Part shown: piece after piece, positions 54,301 through 64,000 of the stretch
How positions within the stretch are numbered: position 1 is the first letter of the stretch
Layout: the number at the start of each line of letters is the position of its first letter
From: Hydrurus foetidus
Lineage: Eukaryota
Assembly: GCA_900617105.1 (NCBI GenBank)
Contig: UYFQ01000509.1
Location: forward strand, 62,001-126,000
Length of the DNA stretch: 64,000 bases
Reading direction: 5' to 3'
The notes under the pieces: generated by a model
The model's input: only the letters and a program-made list of their open reading frames with translations
Told to the model about the DNA's origin: nothing
Databases searched by the model: none
Made by a program: the position numbers and the translations under genes

Positions 54301-55424
54301 TATCTCCTTCGTCTTCTGATTTTCATTTCTGTCTCAGGATCGGTACGGCTGTGTTTCGGTTAAGAGCCCTCACTGCCGAAGCAACTTCGAAGGTACGTAC
54401 TGTACGTACTGCACGTACAGTATCATGTGTGCTGTGTTGCACATACGCTGGACTTAATTTGACAATGGTATGAAATACTGTGTTGTAAGACTGCAAGATA
54501 AAAAACACCAGAGGCTCCTTGCCATTGAGGCAGTGTCGAGGGATCGTCTGTTATTCTAACATCCCCTACTCCTCTTTCCTTTTCTTCTCCTGTTTCTTTC
54601 TCTCCTTTTCTTTCTTCTCTTTTTCTCTCCTTTTCTTTCTTCTCTTTTGTATTTCTTTTTATTCATTTTTCGAAGGCTAAATCAGATGCTGTTGTTCGTT
54701 TGAAACTGATCGAAGAGCAAGAAGGAAAACTAAGAGACGGTCGTACTGTCAACGCACGTACAAACACCACCGCTGTAGATACCGCTGTGAGAAATCAGTC
54801 TACAGCAGCTGTGGGTAACGTCACTGACAGCAACAGCAACCCAGGGGTAGTGGCGATGGATGTGGAAACTGTTATTGCTGCAACTGTGACAGCTAGTGAT
54901 GAGAGTGTCAACAAGAGAGAAGAGAGCAAAGGAGACGAAACGGTTGCATCAGATAAACCGCTGGTCGCTCCCACTGTAGAAATTGGTACTGAAGCCTCTG
55001 AATCAAATAGCAACCATGGAAACGCGGCCGATGCCGTGGATGGAAACAATATCAGTGATAACAATGGTAATAGCAGTGTTAGCAATGGTAATGGGGGTGA
55101 GGCAAAGAACGAGGTACATCAAAAAGAAAAACAAGGAATAGTAGAAGAGCCCATGTCTGAGGATGAAGCGAAAGATTGGAGGAAATATTTCCTCTCTGCA
55201 TGCCGTTGGTTCGACCTAGATCAGGTAAGTTGATTGTTTTTCTTTGATTTTTTAATGCTATACGTATAGCAAGTATTTCATGCAAGTGTGATAGTTTCAT
55301 TCTATCTATCTGCCTTTTATGTATCCGTGTTTCAGTCTGCTTATCTATCAACCTCACAAAACACTTTTATAGCAAAGATATAGAACGGAAGACTCGATAC
55401 TTTTATTTTTACTTATTTATTTAC

Positions 55425-55462
<38 letters not shown>

Positions 55463-55479
55463 GTGTATCTTTCTTTCTT

Positions 55480-55523
<44 letters not shown>

Positions 55524-56106
55524 ATGTTTGTTTACTTGTTTTCTAATTGATTAATTTAATTATGTATTTATTTCTTAATTAACTAATTGATTTATTTGTT
55601 TATCTATTAACTCATTCACTTATCTATTTATCACTCACCTCTGTATGTCTTCTTTTTTTTCCTTTTCCATGGAAATCAGGAGAAGTTTTTGCGAGCCGAT
55701 CACGTTCAACTGATATTACAATCCGCTGACAGAGAGGTACGGAAAATGAGTGCGATGCAAAGTCGAGTGGAGAAGAGCAGAGTATAGTATAGTGGAGTGG
55801 ATAATTTCTCTATTCGACAATACGAAGTGACCTTTAACATGATGATTTCAGTCGATGTTTCTTGCCCCCATTTTGTTATCTCTTTTTCGTCTTGATTTTG
55901 ATCTTCCTTCGCTGTCTACCATTGTCCTTTTTTTTCTTTTTTGCTGCGAATCTTTTTTTTACAACCCCTCTCAATAGCTCTCCTTTTACTTCACCATTAA
56001 ATCTGTTAACTGTCCAATATGACAGGTGAGTCGAGCCGACTTGTCTTCTGCTGTGTGGCGTGTGTGCAAAGAGCACGACAGACTGAGATACGAAACGTTC
56101 ATATAA
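42156..56106 (+). CDS. CCAR1/CCAR2 (DBC1)-like protein with a long Q/G/N-rich N-terminus; many exons
   Basis: Dispersed exons encode LYSRFPKLYVPVDF, VLIGRRKKAIMLLGGSWCEELDGGDP, CLLNTARRALLSQSLLDL, LPLSSLLSYSQDDSNERIFEASIAAEML and FLSACRWFDLDQ, paralleling conserved CCAR1/DBC1 blocks. RS motif RSRSRSRSPPR. The last exon ends RYETFI* with TAA at 56104-56106. Confidence 0.78.
43943..44044 (+). repeat. 9/18-bp coding repeat encoding about 11 copies of DVR
   Basis: GATGTAAGA-GACGTGAGG units inside the 42599 ORF. Confidence 0.9.
46640..47295. repeat. Intronic (GACT)n array interrupted by a recurring ACACTAACCGACACACTTACT unit
   Basis: Seen directly in the sequence. Confidence 0.93.
51207..51361. 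repeat. (TTTC)n/(TC)n microsatellite
   Basis: Seen directly; intronic. Confidence 0.92.
52634..52692. repeat. (GTAGT)n microsatellite
   Basis: Seen directly; intronic. Confidence 0.88.
55426..55523. repeat. (CTAT)n microsatellite
   Basis: Seen directly; intronic. Confidence 0.9.
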
Positions 56107-57471
56107 ACAAGAAAACCATTGGAAGAAAGAACAAAAAAGTAAGAAAATATTGAATGCCAAAGAAAGAATAATGAAAATGTACCATGATTACCGGTGAAAC
56201 ACAAAATCGTTTCTAGAAATCTGAGTGAGCTGTGAACTGCATCATGTGAGTAGTGACGTATGCGAAGAAAAAACTAAAAAAGGATGAATTATATTGAAGT
56301 TCTTAATCTTGAAGCGATGAAGTGTAACACTTTTAAACTCTGAAATGTTTCGCTTTATCCGAGAAAAAAATTCTCGACAGAAATCACGGCACATCGTGTT
56401 CGAAGCTCTTCATCTTCATCTCTTCTTCTTATTTAGTGGGATAGGGTGCAAGATGTTGGGGTGGTAAATTGAGTACTAGAAGTGCATTTTTTTGTCCATT
56501 GAAATCACGTAAAATCTTTGTTCTCATTAGTTTCGATGCAATTAGTGCTACATTCTGTGACATGTCAGAACAGTGATTTTTAATTAAAAGAAAGTAATTT
56601 TTATCAGATTTTTATCCCTGTCGAAGAGTTTGTAGGTGTGTCAATAAACGAAGAGCCTCTAGCTCGGTCTCGGTATTACATTCTCTTCACGCAGATGTTC
56701 ATTTTAATAAGAAATCCTTCAGTAGGGCTTCATGGCATCAAAAAAGAAAAAGAAATATTTGTTTTTTCATCGGTGGTATATTTATTATTTAGTTGATGAT
56801 CGACATCGTTTTTTATTTCTAAAAAAGAAGATGAAATTAGATGAGATGAAAGAGAGAGGGAGGGACAGAGAAAGGAAGGGAGGGAGGGAGGGATATGAGA
56901 CAAGAAGGGAGGGAGATGGGACACGAAGGAGGGAAGGAGACCAGACAACACACAACAACACACAGCAAACTTCTATTCTATTTGACAGGTAAAGAAGGTA
57001 GATCAATATCCTATACTCTACATTTCAAGACAATATTACGTATCACTGTATGTATATTGTATGTTCGATGACTGACTCATTATTGCGAATACGCGTAATC
57101 ACAAAATGCAAAATACAAAATACAAAAAAATGTGACTACCAATATCCCATGATAAATGGAAAGAAAACTCTCAAAGAAATAAAAGAATGAAAATGAAATT
57201 AAAAATGTGATAAAAGTGAAATTTATATTGCGTGATAGCATATAAAAAACGAGTCATAAAAAGAATAAATAATGCATTGAATATTGAACAGCGTAAAAAC
57301 GAAAAATGAAATGTGACAGATAGGATGAAGTAAAATAAATAAAGTGAAAGTGAAAGTGATATATAAGTACATGTGAAAGGGTAGAGTAGAGAGTCACAAC
57401 ACGACAGGACAGTGGAGAGAGTGAGAATGTAAATAGATTGAACGGATGTAAAGAAAAATTCAGTACATAAA

Positions 57472-60400
57472 TTAAACGGATTTTTCATCCTCGAAATCGC
57501 TGTTATACTCGTCTCCACTACCATCTCTTAAATCTTCATTAATATATTCTTTATTTTCGTTCGTTATTTTATTACTATTTCTCTCTGGTAAATCTGAATC
57601 ACAGCAATCTCCCGATAAGAATGAAGTTGATGATTTTTTTTCCATTTCTTCCTCTTTACCCAAAAACGCCTCTTCCTTCACCACACTAGAATCGATGATA
57701 GCTCTACTATTTTCTTGAACTTCGTAGTCGTCATCATACTCGTCACTATTATCGTACGGACTAAGTCTCTGTTCGTCCATATCCATCGAGTGCATGCCGC
57801 TACACGCTGCTGTACGTGTTACACTGGCACGTACAGTACCTAACGTACGTTTATCATCAGTATCATCGATTTCGAATAAGCCGGGTCTACCGTGAGATAC
57901 CGAATATGCGGCTGAACTTTTCTCCACAGCAGAGGATACCGATGCTTTCATACCACTAACAGCGTTTAGAAAAGCTCCTCTCAACAACGATTGATTCCTG
58001 TCTATTTCTCTTTCAGTATTTATATTGGAGGATAGTTCTATTGAGTTTTTATCTTCATTAGGATTTTCAGTATTTGATTCATTTCTATGATAATTTAAGC
58101 CTAACACTGATACTATTTCAGACTTTGGATAAAATACCATTTGTTTTGCTAATTTTGTTATTTCAATAACGGATAACGATATTGGAGAAATAGCATGAAT
58201 TGCACCCTTTTTTCGTTTTTTTCTTTTTCTATCACTACTTAGTATTTTATCAGACTTTTCTTGATTGTTTTGTTGATCAAATTTGTCCTCACGACTACTT
58301 ATACTGGTGTCATTAAGATCATCGTCAATATCGTTAGTTTCAATAGTTTCACCATCATCACTATCACCACTATCGAAATCATTATCATTATTATTATCAT
58401 TATTATTGCTAACATTATTATTATCATCATCATTTTCATGTTGACTTTCTTTTTTCTCCTCCAATTTTTTGATTCTACAGTCTGTCTTTTTTGCCTCTAT
58501 AATCGCAACCATCGTAATGTAATCTTTCCAAGCAGAGGCAATATTGTTTGCTGATTTTTCAGTTAATTTGCTCGATTGATGTCTCGATTCATTTCCGTCC
58601 ATTGAATTCCCATTTCCTAAACTTTCGCAAATTTCTAGTTCATGCAGAAGTCTATTTTGAATTTCACTGATGGTCTGCGAAGAATCAAATTGCAGCCCTT
58701 TGGGGAGTATTTGTGTGGAGTCCCTGGACTCTCCAGATTCCCCAATTTTCGTCAAATTATACGGTTTCTTGATTCTACTGTTTTCGTGTGAACTAACAGA
58801 CTGTAATCGTCCTCCCTCCCTCTCCTTTCCTCTGTTCTTTTCTCTTCTCCACTCCTTTCCTTTACCCTTCTCCCCATTCTTCTCACTGATCTTTTCTCTT
58901 CCCATCGATGTTCCTCTCTCACTCCTTCTTTCCCTACTCAGCGATCCAGTACCACTCCTAATCCCTCTGACAGACGTCACTTTCTCACTTCTTCTCTCTC
59001 TCGCAGGCTCTCTACTTCTTTCTCTACCGCGAGAATTCAGACTGTCACTTGACGCATGACACACCAAGCTCGCACCTCGAATCTTCTCCACACTACTCTC
59101 TCTGCTGTCCGATCCTCTTTTTTCTCTACCCTCTTCCCTACCTTTTTCTGTACCCCTTTCTCTGCTATTTAATTTGTAACTATTCGTCATTAGATTCGCA
59201 TTGCTTAGATTTCTATTTTCATCTATCATGTTTCGTAAATGATAAGGTGAACTATTCTTAACGCTAATTTTAGTATTACTTATATCATTTCTGAAATCCG
59301 TTTTTGATTCGATTTTTCTCAGAGTACTTAGAATAGAAGAATGACAACTGTTCAATTTCTTATTCTCATAGTTAAATTTGCTTGTTTGGCTGGATAATGG
59401 CGCGTTGAATAATTTAACAGGTATAAATGTAGGTATGCCTTTTAACCTTATTTTCCCCCCTACACTATTGTTGCTACTATTCTTATTATTGGTATAAGTG
59501 TCGTTACTTTGCGATTTATTGCTACTGTGTATAATATCGAAATTGTCAATACTGTCTGAATTTTTAGTACTGCATTGAGTCGTTGCACTGCTGCTTCGAA
59601 AAGAAGAATTAAGATTATTATCGATGTTGTAATCGTTCAAATCAGGGCTATTTCTACGGGTTTCCGTACTTAAATTCGAAACACTTATTTCGTCATCTAT
59701 TAATGTCATACTATTTTTATCTCCCACATTATTCTCTTCATTACTATTTCTCATATCATTCTTATCAGCACTTCCATTTTTAATGCAACCATTTTTATTA
59801 AATATGGCACTGTGTTTATTTCCGTTTGCATTCTGATCATTTTCGTTATCATTGCTGTATTCTCTTGCAGTAAGATTACTGGTTATAAAAGGATGAGTTA
59901 GCAACTGACTTGCAGTATCCCTCTCCATAGGGTTCTTCAGACAGGCTCGATAAATGAAATCAGTAAAAGAGGGAGGGAAAGAATCGTTAGGGAGAGGAAC
60001 AGACATATTTTGAATCGCATTTAAAATGGACCAAAATCCTCCTTTTTCTACGTTATACGGATATCGGCCGATTGCAACCGTATGAATTGACAGTCCACAA
60101 CTCCATATATCGGATGCAAAGGAATAAGTGTTGCCTAGCATTTATAGATGCAATACGGTATTCAAATTTCATTCGTATGTATTGTTTTGTATTGTATTGT
60201 ATTACATTGTATTGTATTACATTGTATTGTATTACATTGTATTGTTTTACATTGTATTGTTTTACATTGTTTTGTATTACATTGTATTATATTGTATTGA
60301 GTTGTATTGTATTGTATTGAATTATGTTGTATTGTATTACATTACATTGTATTGAACTGCATTGTATTAAATTGCATTATGTTGCATTGTACTGTATAAC

Positions 60401-63170
60401 ATTGTACTGTATTGTATTGTATTGTATTGTATTGTATTGTATTGTATTGTATTGCATTGTATTGTATTGCATTGTATTGTATTGAGTTGTATTGTATTGT
60501 ATTGTATTGTATTGTATTGTATTGTATTGTATTGTATTGTTTTACATGGTTTTGTATTACATTGTCTTATATTGTATTGAGTTGTATTGTATTACATTGT
60601 ACTGTACTGTATTGTATTGTATTGTATTGTATTATGTTGTATTGTATTACATTACATTGTATTGTACTGTATTGTATTAAATTGTATTATGTTGCATTGT
60701 ACTGTATTACATTGTATTGTATTGTATTGTATTGAGTTGTATTGTATTGTATTGTATTGTATTGTATTGTATTGTATTGTATTGAGTTGTATTGTATTGT
60801 TTTACATTGTATTGTATTAAATTGTATCATGTTGCATTGTATTGTATTGTATTACATTGTGTTGAATTACATTGTATTGTATTGTATTGTATTGCATTAT
60901 GTTGTGTTGTATTGTACTGTATTGTATTGCACTGTATTGTATTGTATTGAGTTGTATTGTATTGTATTGTATTGTATTGTATTGTATTGTATTGTATTGT
61001 ATTGTATTGTATAACATTATATTGTATTACATTGCATCATGTTGCATTACATTGTATTATATTGTATTGTATCATGTTGCATTACATTGTATTATATTGT
61101 ATTGTATCATGTTGCATTGTATTGTATTGAGTTGTATTGTATTGTATTACATTGTATTGTATTGCACTGTATTGTATTGAGTTGTATTGTATTGTATTGT
61201 ATTGTATTGTATTGTATTGTATTGTGTTGTATTGTATTATATTGTATTGTATTGCACTGTATTGTATTATATTGTATTGTGTTGTATTGTATTGTATTGT
61301 ATTCATGAAAAAAATTATTGAATCAAACGTTTTGTTTCATAATGTGTGTAGTGTTGATAAACGATACACCTCACGATATCGTAATTACGAAAACTTCAAT
61401 GTGTTCATGTAGACTGTGATGATTTTTTGTGTCAAATAGATATCTTCAACACAACAAATTAATTCGCGAAAAATCGTAACATATTACAATAAAGGAGGGA
61501 AACAAAAATATTCAAGGACGCACCTGTAATTCTTTCTGGCGCGATGAAGTCCAGGGTCCCGCAAAAAGATTCAGCCAAAGATGCTCCATATTCGAGAGTC
61601 TTTGCGAGGCCGAAATCAGCTAGTTTAACAACACCTTTTAGATGGTGGATAAGATTATTAGATGGTGGATAAGATTATCTGATGGTGGAAATTGATGGAA
61701 TTCAAGAGTAGGAATGAAGATTTATTCCCATAACAATAATATTTATTTTATTCAATAATGATTGCACACAATAATAATCATCACAATTACTATCATCACC
61801 AATATCACCACTTAACTAATCACAATCACTCTCACCTGTCAGGGATATTAGAGCGTTAGACGGTTTTATATCTCTATGCAGTAATCGTAAAGAATGCAGA
61901 AAATGGACTCCTAGTAGCATTTGCCTCGCAATGTTCTGCACAGCATAATCGTTGTTACACCCCCCCATTCTCACTATATCTTGAAGGGAACCCCCTAGGG
62001 ATGAAACACAATTTAAGGAGGTATTAGCATTTGATCTACGTGATGATGATTTAGCAACAAATGACATAATGTTGTATTAATAATGTTATACTAACAAGTA
62101 CTTTGTCAAACATCCTACAATACTCTCTTAGTATTTTATTCCACAAAGCACCGGATAAGAACATGGAGTGTCCTGACAAATTAAATCTTACCGCTCATGT
62201 GTTCGAGACAAATAGAAATAGTCCCGTCCTTAGGATTCGCCACGATATCTAGTAGACTGATAATGTTCTCACATCTACTACGTCCGTTCCTGTCACGTAC
62301 GGTTTTCTTCAGAGACTGTAATTCACTCATCATTTGCACTCTCTTGGATGCATCAGACACGGCAATTACTTTCTCAGCACATAGTGTCAAAGATTTTAAT
62401 ATGACCGCTTTGTAAATTGTCGCTGACGATCCTCTTCCTATCACTTCAAGACGACAAAGTGGATTCGGCAACGTCAGCGTTCCTGACAAACTCAGAATGT
62501 TCTGATTCCGATAAGAGTTAGGAATCAATCCAGGTAATTTAGAATCAGATTGTGATGGGCTAAGATTCGCCATGTCAAAGATTTCCTTTCTCATTTCATA
62601 ATCTTCTTTATCAATTGTTGGAAGTGATCCGGAAACATCAATTTCGAGAGAAAATAATCTTGTCTTAGGAACAGCATCCGATCGGAACACGTTGCCGGAG
62701 AGACCTCTATCATACTCTTCTTTGCCCTTCTGGCTTTTGCTGCACTTGTAATCAGTACTAGGATTCCCTCGTGTTTTCTCTCCGGCTATGTCGGATGGAA
62801 GTGTCAACAACGAAGTACAAGATGATGCTGACGACATGAATTGAGGTGTTGGAGTCTCATACTGCACAGATATAGCACTAGATGGAGTGACTGGGATTCT
62901 GACTAAGGCTCCTCCCCTCTTTGACTCCTGTGCGCTGATTCTCTCCCTCTCTCTTAAAGAAATCGATGAAGGGCTACTCATTATTGTTCTCATAGCAGGG
63001 CCTTTTCTTGTCTGTATCCCCAAATGCTGGAAGGTCGATTTAATAGCACATCCATTCATAGTTTTTAACCTTGGAGGTAGCGGTAACTCTTGCTTTGTCG
63101 CACCATCGTGAGCGAATCTTCCGTCCCATTCCAGTTTTTTCTGTTTCATTGAGTTTGGTGATTTTTCCAT
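57472..63170 (-). CDS. MAP kinase kinase (STE7/MEK family) with long N- and C-terminal low-complexity extensions
   Basis: Exons 63170-62192, 61994-61836, 61634-61524 and 60134-57472. They give IGRGSSATIYKA, ICLEHMSGGSL, HRDIKPSNALI, KLADFGLAKTLEYGASLAESFCGTLDFIAPERITGNTYSFASDIWSCGL. Confidence 0.88.
60177..61302. repeat. About 1.1-kb degenerate (ATTGT)n satellite in a MAP2K intron
   Basis: Seen directly in the sequence. Confidence 0.95.
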
Positions 63171-63670
63171 CGAAAATTTCTTTGATTTAGAGCGATCTTA
63201 ATCGTATGCTTGAGGTGCCTCTACCCAGTAAGCCTCAGAATGAGCACCTTATCATCACAGTTTCTACCCTTCTCCACTTACCACTGCCTTTAAATCACTG
63301 ATGATGATGCCGGTGATGTAGCAGTGCGGAATTTCTGTTTTCTGTTTTCTATCCGTAACTACTGTACGGTAATTAATCGGATCGATTGAAGTGCAATCTA
63401 TACGGTTTTAGTTGATCCCATATTTTAGCCGTTGGGAATATTGGTCAAGCAGTATAATATACTGTAGCCTGTAGCAGCAGCATGCAGCATCGAGCGTGGT
63501 GATGGATAGCTACCATTCTCATAACTCATTACCCATCGGTGTCAGCTGTTAGTCAACTATTCGCAAATTTTAAACAGCATCAAATGGTTTGATGCTTGGA
63601 AAGTGCAGCGTCAAAGTAACAAAGAGTCGAACTTTAATTACAAAGGGGCTGTGGATTCAGATAACGTAGA

Positions 63671-64000
63671 ATGATTCCGAAGAGCACTATGAGTAATCAG
63701 GCGGAGACATCGAGGCGATTGTCAATGTATGATAGACCACCACGCGGAATCAGGAGCACTTCGGTGTCAGCAATTCGAATATCAAGCAATTCACATACTG
63801 GCTGCACTGATGTCGCTGATAGTCCGAAGGTGAACTTCACGACAAAAACAGAGACAAGAATTAATAGACGAAGTTCATCTGTGACTGATGCTCGTCGGGC
63901 GTCTGGTATTCCAATTCCTTGTAACGTTATTGCTGGAGGTAATTCTGAGTCTGCGAAGTTGACTTCTGGTAGCAGGCCTTACGAGAGGAGAGGTTCTTCA
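63671..64000 (+). CDS. Partial hypothetical S/R-rich protein running off the window
   Basis: ATG at 63671 opens 110 codons with no stop to the window end (MIPKSTMSNQAETSRRLSMYDRPP...). Divergent from the MAP2K gene. Confidence 0.5.
   Translation, partial: MIPKSTMSNQAETSRRLSMYDRPPRGIRSTSVSAIRISSNSHTGCTDVADSPKVNFTTKTETRINRRSSSVTDARRASGIPIPCNVIAGGNSESAKLTSGSRPYERRGSS

Noticed and set aside
60072..61412. Many Cys/Tyr/Ile-rich ORFs (YCIVL)n
   Set aside because: These are translations of the ATTGT satellite inside a MAP2K intron.

Overview
This window is intron-rich eukaryotic genomic DNA with GT-AG introns and many microsatellites. It is probably from a stramenopile alga or protist, inferred only from the RPS4 sequence and gene content. 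It holds about 13 protein genes: a Fused/TIO kinase, an SLC17/PHT4 MFS transporter, a PLAC8 protein, ADA2, RPS4, an EF-hand NCKX exchanger, a ricin-like secreted protein, a MATH protein, a CCAR1/DBC1-like protein, a MAP2K, two unknowns, and a rhodopsin-kinase fusion. There is also an NHL-repeat pseudogene and four non-autonomous DNA transposons with recognisable TIRs and TSDs. The standout is a 4-exon minus-strand gene (14646..10922, about 858 aa) that the ORF track splits into pieces. It encodes an 8-helix microbial rhodopsin with an intact retinal-binding Lys, fused to HisKA, HATPase and receiver domains with no cyclase. Its retinal pocket is unusual (R82Q, D85E, T89C, D212S in bacteriorhodopsin numbering). 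All exon structures are hand-inferred from splice signals and frame continuity.
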